Counted from the stretch's first letter, positions 48,817 through 62,434 are shown. The stretch is DNA of 64,000 nt from Lama guanicoe (GCA_013239625.1 MU054001.1:7150174-7214173), one strand, 5' to 3'. Translations and numbers: made by a program. The notes: generated by a model from the sequence alone, not told the origin.

Positions 48817-48929
48817 TAAGGTGACCAATGTGTCTCAATTTGCCTGGGTCAGTCCCGATTTCCAAACTGAGAATTCTGCATCCTGGGGACACCCCAATCT
48901 TAGAAAAACTGGGATGGTTGGTCACCCTG
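48817..48929. mobile_element. MER81/MER94-like hAT-Blackjack MITE within an old LTR (about 48454-49200)
   Basis: Terminal inverted repeats TAAGGTGACCA / TGGTCACCCTG, 113 bp. Confidence 0.7.
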
Positions 48930-50304
48930 GTCCAAAATGGCCTGCATAGGTTCCTCAGAACCCAGAGTGGGGAGTCAGAAGGTAAAGTACTTCCAGGGCA
49001 GAAAGTGGGAGGAGGACAGCACAGCTGAGATGAAGAGTTGTTGAAATTGACACAACATTGTAAACTGACTATAACTCAAAAGGAAAAAGTGTTGTTAGGC
49101 TACACCTGCCGATGCTGGTTGCAGCAGCAACAGCTGGAGTGAAAGGTGGGCCACATGGATGTGGGGTGGGCACGAGGCGTTCCCAGGACAGAGCCCACAG
49201 AAAGAGGGACAGTCTTGCCTGGAGGACAAGGTGAAGCTATCCACTTTCTAGTATACGGATGAAGGTGTAGCCCCAGAAGGCAGACCTTGGACCAGGGATA
49301 GGAACTCTTGAGAAGGAGATATTTGGCTCAAAATAAGAAAGAATATTTTAATAGTTTCTGATTTATCAAAATGTCTTGATTGGGAAGATCATTTGGTCTA
49401 ATTCCATTAAGAGAAACATGAGTCCTAGGACAGGAACTGATGTGTCCTGGGTCACCTGGGGGTAGGAACAGGGCCAGGACTAGAACTTTAGCTAAGTGAC
49501 CAGCCTGAAGTCAGGAGATGTGAGAAAGAGAATAGACTACTTTAGAGGGGGGAGCAAGTGCCCTGTTACTGGAGGCCTTCAAGCAAGTCAGAACTTTTCA
49601 GCCTGGCTACTGTGGGAGAGAATTCATGCTTTGGGTGACCTTAAGCTTTCCTATATCCCAGAATTTTGTGGTACCAGGATGCATCAGAGTGATGTCTCTA
49701 AAAGGACAATGTCAGAAGGATAGGAAGGAAGGGATGGATGAAGAGGGAGAATGAAGTAGTGAAGTGTCAAACACAGCGGGAGGAACAGCCTGATGCTCAT
49801 TCCTTCTACTCTGATTGACTGGGTCAGTGTGTGCATGAAAATTCTGAAGTGTGAGTACATCCGTGTGTGTGCGTGTGTGTGTGTGTGTGTGCAAGCACTC
49901 ACATGTATTCATGCTTGCATGTGCATTCATGTGCACGCATGTGTATGTTGATGGTAGACAGGAACAAAATGGAAGTGCTGAACTGGGTTCAGATAGCTGA
50001 AATGATGCAACTTCCATCAGAGGAAAACTGAATCACCTTATGTTGTGAATATTAAAGTCTAAAGGCCTTTTCAACATAAATCTAGGCCAAATGTGTGCTC
50101 ACAGATCTTTTCAAAAGATGCAAATGAAACAAGCAAACAAGCATTTCAATTCTGAATTTTCACAAAGTGGGTTTCAGACTCAGGCCCTGAAAAGCCCTTT
50201 TTCCTGCTGGGAAAGAAAAATTTTCTCTGCAGTGATCAGCAGTTCTCATGGAAGATTGGATAGTAAGAAGTGAGGTTGTTTAAACATTTTCTATCTAATA
50301 TATT

Positions 50305-50425
50305 TTATTTTGGGGGGGGGAAGTAATCAGGTTGGTTTGTTTGTTTAAATGGAGGTACCGGGGATTGAACCCAGGACCTTGTTCATGCTAAGCACACACT
50401 CTAATCCTGCGCTATACCCTTCCCT
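50305..50425 (-). mobile_element. tRNA-Ala-derived SINE (vic-1-like)
   Basis: GGAGGTACCGGGGATTGAACCCAGGACCTTGTTCATGCTAAGCACACACTCTA...GCTATACCCT. Confidence 0.85.
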
Positions 50426-53095
50426 GGAGAGGTGTGTTTTATGGGATGAGGGAGTGAGCAGAGGGTAGAGACCCAGAGCAACCATATATATAGGCCGGGT
50501 GGGGTTGGGATTCACCTCGTCGTTGTCATGTGCGTTTCTCCACTCATTTAGCAGGCAATGTGTCACATACATGCAGGTCACTGTGTTACCCTCAGTTCAC
50601 TTTCTGGGGAAAGCGCTTGGATACTGGGCCTAGAAAACTGTGGTTTCAAGTTCCAGAATTGTCACTATGCTGACCAGCCTTGGGCCTCCCTCAGCTTTGT
50701 GTCCTATCTGTAAAGTAGGGCTAAGAACAGACTACTCCTTGCTTGTTCCTCGTAGGGGGTTAAATGTGATCATGGAAAATGGAAGTCGTTTGTAAACTAT
50801 GAAGTGCTCTATTTATAAAGGCCTAGCTTATCCCGGTGGACACACCAGCACTCACCATTCTTCTCCCCACTCCCCCACCCCCAGCCCCACCGGACATCCA
50901 GAAACATAAGCGATTTTGTGTTGTTTCCTGTGATAGTCTACCTCCACAAATATTGGAAGAGTTTTGAGGCTAGGGACAATCACTTTTACTTAAAAAAAAA
51001 ATCCCTCCCTGTTCATTACTCAACTTGTTGATTAACTCTCCTTATTTAAATATTGATATTTATGTTTTCAACATTCACATCACCCATTCATTTTCATGTG
51101 TTGCTAAAGGACACCAAAATTACTGTCATATAAAAAAATGGGATATTTACTAACGTCTCTATCTTCTGTAAAACCAGCCATGAAGAGCAAACAGATATTT
51201 TTCATAGGCATCTGGTGCTTCCAGACTTTGGGACAGTCATTCTCACCTTGCAGTGATTCCGGAGGCTGAGTCTCTCCAAAATGAGAATAAGGTTACTGCC
51301 TTAGGAGAGGCCCTCCTGAGACGATCTGAAGCTTTGGTGAGACGAAGGGTCAAGCGGTTCCCGGAGAAGCACTGAGAACTGTTTGGTGCAATCACCTTGT
51401 GATTATTTTCTTTAGCAAATCTCCTTATTATTGTTGGTAGGAAATTATGCTGATTTGGAGCTAATTAATTTTATTCAGTTTTCATTGTCTTATTTCTTTC
51501 TTCAGAAATGTCTCCAAGTACTGTTTTACTTCATTTGCCATCAACACTAAATCATCATCCCCATGACAAAATCCAAGGAAAGCAGATCAGGGGAGGTTAC
51601 CTCACTGGTTTAGAATCCTGTAGTAACTGAGAGACAGTTGTGAGGATTTAGTCATGAGCTCTAGAGAGTCCACTTTGTTGCTAATCCAGGGATACAAGTC
51701 CACATGACAAATGTCTGACTTCTGTCACATTACATGAGGAGGGGAGACAGAGCAACAGAGACACAGAGAGAGACCCCTCACGACCCTCACTGAGGGCACT
51801 GGACAGTTGGACTATTCTTTTCAGTAGGGTCATATGACTCAGGGACCTATTGTGAAGGCCCCCAGACCAAGGCATCTCATTAAGAAAAAGTGAATAGTGT
51901 GTTCTGTGGCGATGTCCCCCCACCACTCCCCTCCTCAAATCCCCCGTCCCCTCCCTCCCCTCCCTCCATCCTTCATTTTCATCCCATTCCTAACTCCCCT
52001 GTACCCTCACCTCACCTGTTGCATCCCTTACTCCCCCACACTGCATTTCACATCTCTCAGTCCTGGAGGAGGCTCACCTGAAGCTCAAGGCTGGAGTGTC
52101 AAGGATAGGCTATTGAGCATTTAATTGTTAATTAAACAAAGCATTCTTCCCACTGTTTGGTATAAAATGACGTTCTTTAACCCTACACTTCTTTTCCTTG
52201 ATTCTGTGCTGTTTCATCCTGTTTCTTCTTGTCATGCCCCTTTGCCTGTTAACTCTGTCTACCCCCAAGACTCATTTTGCTGTCTCTTCCTTCTAGAAGC
52301 CTTTTACTGATCTCCCTGGCAGGATCAGTCCCCCATAGTTCCTGGGTGCATTGCTTTATCACTCTAGTGTGAATCATTTCCTGCCATATTATCTATTTAT
52401 GGTCTGTCTCCTGTATGCTACAGTAAGGTCAGGGACTATGTCGTATTTCTCCTGGTGTCACCAGTCTCGAACAGGGCTGACTATATAATGGAGAGTCAAT
52501 GTTTGTTAGACTGATACTGATGTAGCATTCTCAAATACACAATGATTCAAATTCGCATAATAAGAATGCTATTTATTTTCTCACAATAAGAGAATTAAGG
52601 AACTGAATTTACTGTGGGGGGTGGCTCTGCTAAATGCGCTGGTGTTCCTGCCACCATCAAAGATGCAAGTTTCCTTTATGCTCATGCTTGGGCTCACGGG
52701 AGCTTTACGATTCTGTCACAGCTCACAGCTCTGTGATTGTAAGATCCTTTCTTGCCTCCTGACTTTTCTCTCTAAGCCTACAGAGGATGAAAAGAGGAAC
52801 AGCCAGAGGGAAGCTGCTGGTAGAAACAGACAGACAGCTGGAAAACCCACCACCCTCCCCTCACATTCACACCACCCCACCCCGTGCAGCACACACCTGG
52901 AAACTAGATGGGGTGACTATTGCTGTGTGGTGTGAAGGCACCATTTAACTTTTGACTTCATGTCTAAGATCAGATTAAACACATCCATAATCCCTGAAGC
53001 CAGAGCAAAGCCTCTGGGAAGCAGATGGCATTGGGATGTTCCGTCTCCGGCCTAGGAGATGTGTACTGCTTCCCAAGCCTCAGTAAGGATGGAGG

Positions 53096-53555
53096 TGTCA
53101 TAGTCTGAGTTCCCCCAGAAGTACACCCCAAGGCAAGGATTTGACTGCAAGTGGTTTATTTGGGAAGTGAACCCAGGAAGCACTGATAGGGGAGCTGGAA
53201 GTGAATCAGGGAAGGGAAGACCGCCAACAAGGGTGAGTAATTGAGTTTACACTGCGGGCAGCGAGAGTGTAATCTTGTTGGTGACTCTGGGTGACAGTGT
53301 GGAACTTGCACCTCAGTGTTGCCCTGCCAGATGGACGAGGCAGCCGGGCTATGTATCCATCAGTCGTTGGCTGGGATTTGCTCCTGGGGAGCTTAATTCC
53401 TCAGGCATTTCTGGCCTGCCGCTGGCATGGGCAGGATGGGCTCTGGGGGCAAGAGGAAACCCTCAGGCATGAGAATACAGTCTGGCCGGTGGAAGCAGGG
53501 CAGGTGGGCATGGAAACGCTGGGTGCCACAGGGCCACAGTGGGGCCTCTACACAT
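53096..53555 (-). mobile_element. LTR16-like ERVL LTR
   Basis: TTCCCCCAGAAG...CAAGGATTTGACTGCAAGTGGTTTATTTGGGAAGTGAACCCAGGAAGCAC signature. Confidence 0.7.
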
Positions 53556-56500
53556 GCCTGCTGCAGACAGGGTGCCACGGCTCCCAGAGCCCGGCGGGAG
53601 TCCTGTGCCAACCCTGACTCCCAGGTGGAGGGTTGGCAGGATTGCTTGCTGGAGAGGTCACTTCTAGGCCCTTAGGCAATTCCTACAAACAAATGGCTCG
53701 TTTTAATCTTAATGGGCAGACTGTCAGAGTTTATGAGAGCAAGGCCTTGAAGTGTTCTTGAAAAGTGCTTGGTAACCTGGCTTGTATTTGGGCAGTGCTG
53801 ACATTTGGGCTTAAAAATATCTCCAAGCTCCTCAGTTGATTTCTTCTGTATCACTTCAGTCTTCTAAAGGATAATTTGATAAATGTGCTATTATGAAACG
53901 TGACTTATGAAATGTAACTGAATTGTGCAGAACAGCGATGTGGATCTCAGTGCCGCGGTGCCACTGCAAAGCAAAGGCCTGATAGGAGCCAGAGGTGTCA
54001 GAAGGCTGACCAGCCTGCTTTCGGTTTAAAGCGTGGACTTCACTTATTAGGAAAGTGATGAGGATTTATCAGGAATGCTAACAAAAGGGGTTTTGTGCTG
54101 TGCTTTCCTTGCATATTACCCCCTGTTAATGGTGAGTTTTTGGGAATATAATACAAATGTTCAGCTGTAAAAGCTACTGCAGGAGCGTGTTCTATGTTGC
54201 TTAATATTTAAGCATTTGCCAATCCTTGGGGACCAGAATTAACACTCAATGCTAATTAAAAAAACCAATTTCACATTTGTATTGCAGTTTATGAATCAAG
54301 CGAGACAATATCTGTCAAAAACACTTTGTAAACAGGGATGTGCTCACTGTCATTCCTCAGGCTCTACATCTCGGCTGGCAGTTCAGCCCAAGATATGAGT
54401 CACTTCCACTGGAGGTTGAAGAGCGGTCTGTGAAGGTTCTGGGGGAAGAAACACCAGTGCTGGGAGAGCACAGCAGCTGGGGGTGGGGTATAACCTGGAT
54501 CCTGGCAGAGGATCCACAGGAGAAATGGGCCACACTTGTGGTTTCATTGATCCTGCGGGAGCTCACTAAGCTCAGGGCTGAGGAAGCAGCCGTATTTCAG
54601 AGGAAGTCATGTGGAATTACGCCACTGCTCTTATGCCATTTTATGGCAGCTAAGAATACTGCAATGTGTTTTTAATCATGAGCACATGCCCACAGGTCCT
54701 AGAGAGAGTGGCTGAATTTGAAATGAAAAACAAAAACCCAATAAATAGATCCAACCAGCTTTTTTTTTTCATATCTTGTTATGCTGTGGTGGAGTGCTGG
54801 ACAAATTGTTTGATTTCCTCTCTTTGCAAGCTTGCTCATCATATTCCCTTCATTCTCATCATCTCCCACTTTATCAACAATCATTATCTCATAGTGCTCC
54901 CTGACAACCTCTCCAAAGCCCACTGCATAGAATTACCTTTTGACCTTTGCATTTAAAGGTGATGGAAACAAACGCATAGCCCAGCGCAGCTCAGGCCATG
55001 CTAGATTTCGAGATGAGTCTTGCAAGAAGATCAGCCACGCTCCCACTCCCAACACTGGGCTTGGCAAGCTGGGGTCTCACGGGAAACGGGAGGATACACT
55101 CTCTGCCCTCAGAAGGTTCACTTCCAGAGAGAACGAACCAGCACCTTCCCTTTACAGGAAGGCAGCGGCTTTGCCATTAACCCCATGGACTGTCTCCCAG
55201 GTCTCAGCCTCTGAAGGGCAAGAGGCTAGAGAGTGGAGTAATGCGTCTTCCACTCTTCAATGTTGAGAAAGACAAGGGGGCAGGGGAGTAGAAATGGTCG
55301 TGGGTGAACTACATGACAATGGTTTTCAAAATAAGAATTATCCCTATTTTTAAAATGAAACTGAGGCTCAGAGAGATGAAGTGTTTTGCCTGTTGTCACA
55401 CAACTGGTAAGAGCAGGAGCGGGATCCCACGTGGCTCTGACTCCAAACTCTGACCTCTGAGCCAATTCTTCTCATTCTAGGCACCTGCTATGTGTGTCCT
55501 TCTCCGATTGTTACCTTTGCCCCCAGTGCCTCACGAGAAAATTTTGACTTAAATACTGTGTGTGGGTGTTTGGGAAAGATAGTCTTCAAAGTCTTGGAAT
55601 TTCTGCCATAGATCTGCCTGTTCGTTCTTCCTTCCCTCCTTCCCTCCCTCCTCCCCTCCCTTCGTCCTTCCCTCCTTCCCTCCCTCCTTCCTTCACAGAT
55701 TTATTAAACACCTTCTGTGGCCAGATGTTTAGTCTGACACTCTGTCTAAATGCTCAAGAGCTTGCTGAATAAATAAATATTTGTTGTCTGGCATAATTCT
55801 TCTGCCTCTTTGTGGAGAACAATGGATTTGTTTGTCTGAAGTACAGGCCATTATTCTCATTTCTAAGTCTCTGTTCTGAGAGCATCAATATGGCAGTTTT
55901 CAGAATGAAAAAAAAAAAAAAAGGAAGAAGCAGGCCCTTTCAGTGGTATCAAACCTCTTAAATGACAAACCTGTAATTTGTAGAGGGAAAATGATTCCCT
56001 GAACGCATCTTACATCCTTGAGTTTCAAATTACAAAGTTCTTGCTGAAATTGGTTTCTGCCCAGGAGGAGATAACGTCAGTCAAAGAAACTGGCTTTCTG
56101 ATCGACTCTGAGCACAGCCAGCCCCAGCCCTGCCCGACCAAACAGGGAGCATTAGAGGCAATTTCCATTTCTTGCTGGGACCTTCAGAGAACATTCCAAA
56201 GACAGGAGACAACAGTGAGCTAGAGAGGTTATTAAAATACTATTTTATTTTCAGCAGGGGTTACAAGGAAGCATTCAAGGGAACTTGCATATCCTGGTGG
56301 TGGTAATGACCTGGGGCCCAGCTTGCTTTGCTTAAGGCATTTAGCTAGACGCCAGTCACCAGGACAAAAGCATTATCTTATACAATGAGATGAAGGCTAT
56401 TGACTCGGGTTAAAACTGTTGAAAATGCTGCTAAACTTTGACTAATACGAGCCTCGTAGTAATCCTCCTAATTATTACTCACAGACATTGCTCGTTCTTG

Positions 56501-57186
56501 CTGGAGGTTTTCCATGCAGGAGATGGATAGGCTGAGGTTACTGGGTCTCTTGTTAGTATTTGGAAAGAATCATTCCCTCCAAGCATGAGTCCCTCTTCTT
56601 TCAGTCTCTCTGCTCTGTTCCCGATGCAGCCCCTGCCTTCAGCGCAGTTCCCCAGATGTTTCTGTGCCCCTCTGTGCTAAGAAGTCCTTTAAGCCCCTGG
56701 GAGTGAGGGGGAGACAGTTAACTGCCCGCCGTGCTCCAGTGCTCGGGACTGTCCAGGAAGCTCCGCATGAGCACGTGCAACCTCCTCAAAGATTAAGAGC
56801 CTCTAAACTGCTCAGTAGCCTGGCCGCTTTGCTGTTGATTTAGCAAAGCCTGCCTCCTGAGAAGCCGGAGCTGAGAGCTAAGATGAGCAGATGGTGCTAA
56901 GCTTTCCTGTGAGGCTGTTCCCCAACTTTAAAGCTATGAAATATTCAGGGCTATTTTGAGAAATGACCTTTTTAAGATGAAAAGAAGTTTTTTTTTATAT
57001 GACCATACCCTCTCTCTTGTTGCTTTTTAGATGAAGGAAAAACACTTAGGAATGCAGACATGAGCTTTAACTTTGCAGCTTAGGAATGCTTGTAGAGAAT
57101 GAAGACTTCCAATTTTAACGTTTTGTGGTCTAGGAGAATTCTGAATTCTTCCTTGCCATCTTTGGTTTAGCAGTCACCGGTTATAC

Positions 57187-57187
<1 letters not shown>

Positions 57188-57223
<36 letters not shown>

Positions 57224-57230
57224 CACACAC
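57188..57230. repeat. (CA)n microsatellite
   Basis: Directly visible. Confidence 0.95.
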
Positions 57231-57699
57231 TCCTCTCCCTGCCTGCTCTTAGTTCCCTGAGAGTACACTGAGGGTCAAATGGCACCGTGGCTGGAAAGCT
57301 GCCTTGTGATGTGTGAGACATTTTTCTTCCTTTCAGTGGGATCATTTGCACCCGAAGGAAAGACAACTCTTGGGATTTCTCTTGCTTTCTTTTCTGCCAA
57401 GTGGAGTGTGCTACAATCAAGTCGGTTGAGCTACTTTTACCCTTCAATGTGTCAAATATTTCCCTGCTCAAAATCACCTGCTGTTACTTGACAGACCAGC
57501 TCTTGCGGAACTGCTCACCCTGGCTTCTATTCCCTGTTCTTTGAACACACCAACCTGTTCTTGTTTCCGGGCATTGGTACGTGCTGTTCCCTGTGCTCAA
57601 ATCCCTTCTATCAGATTCTCACAGGCTGAATCTTTTGCATCCTTTGGTCTCAGTTGGCTCTGATACTTCACTCCCTGAGAGATACCATCCATAACGGCC

Positions 57700-58110
57700 T
57701 ATGTCAGTTTAGGACACTAATAGAAAACTCAACTCAAAGAGGCTTAAATAAGAAGGGACATCTATTGACTCACATACCAGGCAGCCTAGAGGCAGTGAAG
57801 GTGCCAGGATTAGTTGACCCAGCAGTTTGATCGTGGCTTCAGGGCCCCAGACTTTCTCCAGTTCTCTGCATCCACAGTGTCGGCTTCATCTCAAGACTTA
57901 TTTCTCCCATCAGTGTCAGCTGTGCTACATGCTCAATTACATTTAATATGAGAGAGAACCCGGCTTCTTGTTCTTTCTTAAGAGCAAGGAAAAAAAAATT
58001 TCTCCAGTCTTTGGCAATACTCTCCCAGTATATCACATGTCCACTCCCGATCCAATCACTGCCCAGGGAATTGGGATGACCTTTAAAAGAACCAGGCCCA
58101 TCCCATAGGC
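57700..58110 (-). mobile_element. MLT1J/K-like MaLR LTR
   Basis: AGAAAACTCAACTCAAAGAGGCTTAAATAAGAAGGG...TATTGACTCACATA and CCAATCACTG motifs. Confidence 0.65.
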
Positions 58111-58299
58111 TGACTTTAGTTCTCTGCACTGCTGCTCTGCGGGGAAGTGAGGGACCAATGTGGGGGTGTCAGGTTCAACTCTCTTCACCAGTAGTTCTCA
58201 GGCACTGCCTGCCAGAATCACCTGGGAGCCTTAAAATGATCACCCCCAAGCTTCTCTCTAACCAGTTAAATCAGAGTCTTTGTGGGCATGGGCCTGGGC

Positions 58300-58431
58300 C
58301 AGTGGTTCCCAAACTTGGCTACACTTTAGAAGTACCTGGGGACCCCTAACCCCAAAAGATGTTGTGATTTAATCAACACGGAATGCGACTTAGATACTCC
58401 CAGGTGACTTAGCCAAGTTTGGCAACCACTG
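58300..58431. mobile_element. MER5A1-like hAT MITE nested in a MER5A (about 58189-58445)
   Basis: 21-bp terminal inverted repeats with 20/21 match (CAGTGGTTCCCAAACTTGGCT / AGCCAAGTTTGGCAACCACTG). 8-bp TSD GCCTGGGC / GCCTAGGC. Confidence 0.85.
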
Positions 58432-58494
58432 GCCTAGGCACTGATACACACATACATGCCTACATGGCTTTCAAATTATATACATGCTACTTTT

Positions 58495-59560
58495 AATTAT
58501 TTAACAGTTTTATTGAGATAGAATTTACATGCCAGAAAATGCATTTATTTAAAGTATACGATTCCAAGCTTTTTAGTATGTTTACAAAGTTGTATAAGGA
58601 TCATCATAATCTAATATTAGAACATTTTCACCATCTCAGTAATAAATCTCTTAAATATTAGCTCCCCAGAATCCACCATTCTAGCCCTAGGCAGACATTG
58701 ATCTACTTTATGTCTTTATAGATTTGCCTGTTCTTGACATTTCCTATAATGGAATTATATACATGTGGTTCTATGGGACTGACTTCTTTCACTTAGTATG
58801 TGTTCTAGGTTCATCCATGTTGTAGCATGTATCAGTACTTTATTCCCTTATATTGCTATATAATATTCCACATATAGATATACCACATTTTATTTTTCTG
58901 TTCATCAGTTGATAGACATTTGAGTTTTTTCCACTTCATGGCTGTTATGAGTAATGCTTATATGAAAATTCATGCACAAGTTTTTGTGTGGTTATATGAT
59001 TCCATTTCTCTTGGGTAGATACCTAGCAATGAAATTTCTGGGTCATTTGTTCTGTGTTTCACCTGTTGAGGAACTGGCAATGTGCTTTCCAAAGCATCTG
59101 CACCATTTCACATTCCTACCAGCAGTGTATGAGGGTTTCATTTTCTGTGCATCCTTTCCAACACTTGTTTTTGTCTATCTTTTTGATTATAGGAATTCTA
59201 GTGGATTTTGTGAAGTAGTGTCTTATTGTGGTATGCATTTCTTTAATGACAAATAATGTTGAGCATCTTTTCACGTGCTTACTGGCCATTTGTATATCTT
59301 TTTGGAGAAATGTCTATTCAAATACGTTTTCCCTTTTTAAAATTTGTAAGAGTTGTAAGAATTCTTCATATATTTTGGAAAGATACAAAGTCTCTTATCA
59401 GATATACGACTTGCAAATATTTTCTATTCTGAGATTTGTCTTTTTGCTTTCTCGATGGAATCCTTTGTAGTGCAAAATTTTAAAATTTTGATGAAGAGCA
59501 ATTTATCAAGCTTTTCCTTTATCCTTTGTGTTTTTGGAGTTGTTTCTAATAAATCATTAA
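58495..59560 (-). mobile_element. L1MA/MB 3' end
   Basis: TTTTATTGAGATAGAATTTACAT...GGTTCATCCATGTTGTAGCATG...CATTCCTACCAGCAGTGTATGAGGGTT. Confidence 0.85.
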
Positions 59561-61056
59561 ACGTTAGCATGTTGTTAAAAACTTTTCCCATGTGATTTTC
59601 TAATATAAATCTAGGATTAAGAAGTCTTGCCATAGACAGTTCATAGCTTTCCCAACTCTCATTACTCTCTCATGTGGCCACAAAGACAACCAAACCAAAG
59701 TACTTCATACTGTCTGTGAAAATATTTTGTTTATGTATTAGTATCCTGTTTACTTACTGGCAGCTTCATACGACAAATACATTGTGTGCTTTCCTGTTGT
59801 ATTCCCAGCACAGGACCTCGCACGTGGACGGTATCAATTAAAAGAAAAAAGTGAATGGGCCTAAGAGCTGATCTCTCCTCTGCCTTCCATCCCACACCGT
59901 CCCACCCCAACTGTCTCTTTGCCCTTTCCCCCCAATTTCTGTTGTTTTTCCACCATCCTCTTCTTCATCAAAGCCAGAGGTCTGGGAGTTTCCCTCACCC
60001 TCCACATTAACTGGTAACCAAATCCTATTGCTTTGTTACAGAAAGAGTAGTAATTCTCACCCACGTTGTACAGCACTGCAATCATTCCTTTACTTTTACA
60101 TCTTCTCACCGTGCTGTGAGTTTCTTGCAGGCAGAGATGGAGTCTTCCTGATTTTCTGTCCTGGGCATTTCACTCAGCACTGGGCACAAGCAGGATGTTG
60201 ACATGGTTGCTAAATTGACTCAAATGATAGGGATTTGGAACCTGGTTTGGGGAGCTAGATCCAGTAATCAAGACTCCTTTTAATACCAGCCCCAGGACTG
60301 TTCTTTTGCTGTGATGAGAACTGAGTGACTGATTCTCTGATGAGATGGCAGTGGCTGTGAAGAGGTGGAGAACTGTGTGAGGGCTGGAATTTTGATGTAG
60401 AGGAAACCCTCTAGTGACTGAAAGAACTGAGCATCTCTATAAAGAAAATATCAAATACTCTTCCAGAACATCTGGTGAATTTCTTTGAAGTGACAGTGAG
60501 ATGTAAAAATTAGCACATGAGTGAAGAATGTTCCAGTGATAAATGATCAAAACTAACCCCACCATGCGGCTCAGCCTTCCTGCGACAAAGGAAGAATAGT
60601 GTGGATGGGTAAACTGGAAAGGCCAAATTGGCTGGGGAGAAGCCACGTGCCTTGGAAATTGCAGTATTTCAACATGTCAGGTCCCTGGTGGACCCTGGCA
60701 AGGATGAGAACAGCGGGCTTAGAATCAAAGGTCCACTTTTTCTGATTTTAATGCATTTCCTTGAGGGGATTCAATCCAGCCTGAACCTCCCTGGGGCCTG
60801 AGGAAGCAGCAGGAAGGAAACTCACTGACTCAGGCTTTTCTCTGGTGATTGTTAAAACACAGAGAAGGAGCTGGTTTTATTTTGATCAGAAGAAAGATAA
60901 TGATTGAACCAGGCAAATAATTGTTCTGCATATGCTTAATTTCCACGATGTAATATTTCTATGTCACATTTGTCTCCCCACAACCACGGCCCTGATTGCA
61001 GGATTGAGCGCCCTGTTAAGCTGAGACAAGGGCAAGGGGTCGAGCAGCTGTGGTAG

Positions 61057-61466
61057 TGTTACGGAAATGACAGGCCAGCCAAGAAACAAGCACCACTCGG
61101 AGGGTTGCAGTACTCAGATTTATTACGCCGGCGGGCTCAGAGGGGCTTCTGCTCCGAAGCTCTGAGCACCTCCAAGACGTGCACATGAGGTTTTATAGGG
61201 TTAATTACAAGTATGGGGCTATTAGCCAATAAGGCTCAAACAACAAAATGCAAGGAATCAGTACACTGGAGCTTATCAATTCAGAACAGATCATGTTACT
61301 GACACTTGTTGAGCTTGGATTTACGAGTTAGCTTGTTAGCCCAGTAAACTGACACTAAACTTCAGATTTACGAGTTAGCCCGGCAGAACTCAGATCAGTA
61401 ATGTGACACTTGTTACAGTTAGATTTGTGACTTAGCTTGTTAGCCCAGCTGGGCTTTTCCTTCACA
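61057..61466 (-). mobile_element. Young ERV1-class solo LTR inserted near the end of an older ERVL-type LTR (about 61049-61845)
   Basis: TG...CA termini. Perfect TSD GTAG (61053-61056 / 61467-61470). Minus-strand TATAAAA (61191-61197) and AATAAA (61119-61124). CpGs retained. Internal direct repeats. Confidence 0.88.
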
Positions 61467-62434
61467 GTAGCTCTGTCAGCACCCTGCTCCAGGGTCTATA
61501 AGCATGTGTTTTTATAGGCACCTCCTGCACTGTGCCTGACGGCTTCCATCCTTGGGACAGGTTGGAGGTGCTGGGGACGAAAGGCCCTGGAAGCAGCCCT
61601 CAGCTCATGATGGATGGGCTTTGGAGAATAAATACTCCAGCTCCCTCTAGGGACTGAGGCACGTTCCACATGGCCTCTCAGAATTTTCCTGAGACGTTGA
61701 ATTCCAGTGGCCTGCAGTTTGATGATATGCTCTCTACTGACTGCCTTCTCTTCCCTGTCCCACTTCCACACCCCTGGGATCACTGCCAGACAATCCTTGT
61801 CCTCAGTTCCCTGTCTCAGGGTTTGCTTCCAGCCTAAGACAACAGTATAGCAGGAGATGCCCTTTGGTGATGGGTGGATAAGCCAACACCCTTTCCCTCT
61901 GTGTCTGATGGGCTCTTCTGCTGCCCCTGGGGTGGGAAGACTGAGCCTCCCAGGCAGAAACCCAGAGTCTCTGAGCTGTATGAGTGCCCAGCCAAGCCAT
62001 GTGAAAATTTAATGAGCTTGCTTTTGACACCATCATTTGTCTCAGCAGGTTTCCTGAGAGAGCAGGGCCAAAGGCCTCATGCAGATTAGCTGCCAGACTT
62101 GCTGGCTGTGACTGTCTAAATGCAGATACCCTCAGGGCCCAGAGCTGAGCCTCTGTTGTGTAATCCTGGTGGCTGTTTCTGGGAGGGAACGGACTTTTCT
62201 TATTGAGAGACAAATAATGAGAGAGGAAAAAAAGCTTTTTGATTTTATTTATTTCCCTTTGGGACTATTGGGTCTTGGATTTTGTTGCCTCCCCAAATGA
62301 GAGAACAGATTGCTTCCTGTTGGACCATCAGGAAGATGTAGTAGAAAGGGTTTTCAGAGTTTAGTGCGATCAAACAGTCTGATTTTTAAAGAGAAGTTGG
62401 AAATTTGGAATTTATGTGAAATCTCTTTATTTTA

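Noticed and set aside
61280..61450. Spaced direct repeats resembling a CRISPR-like array
   Set aside because: Irregular U3 enhancer duplications inside a eukaryotic LTR; no prokaryotic features anywhere in the window.
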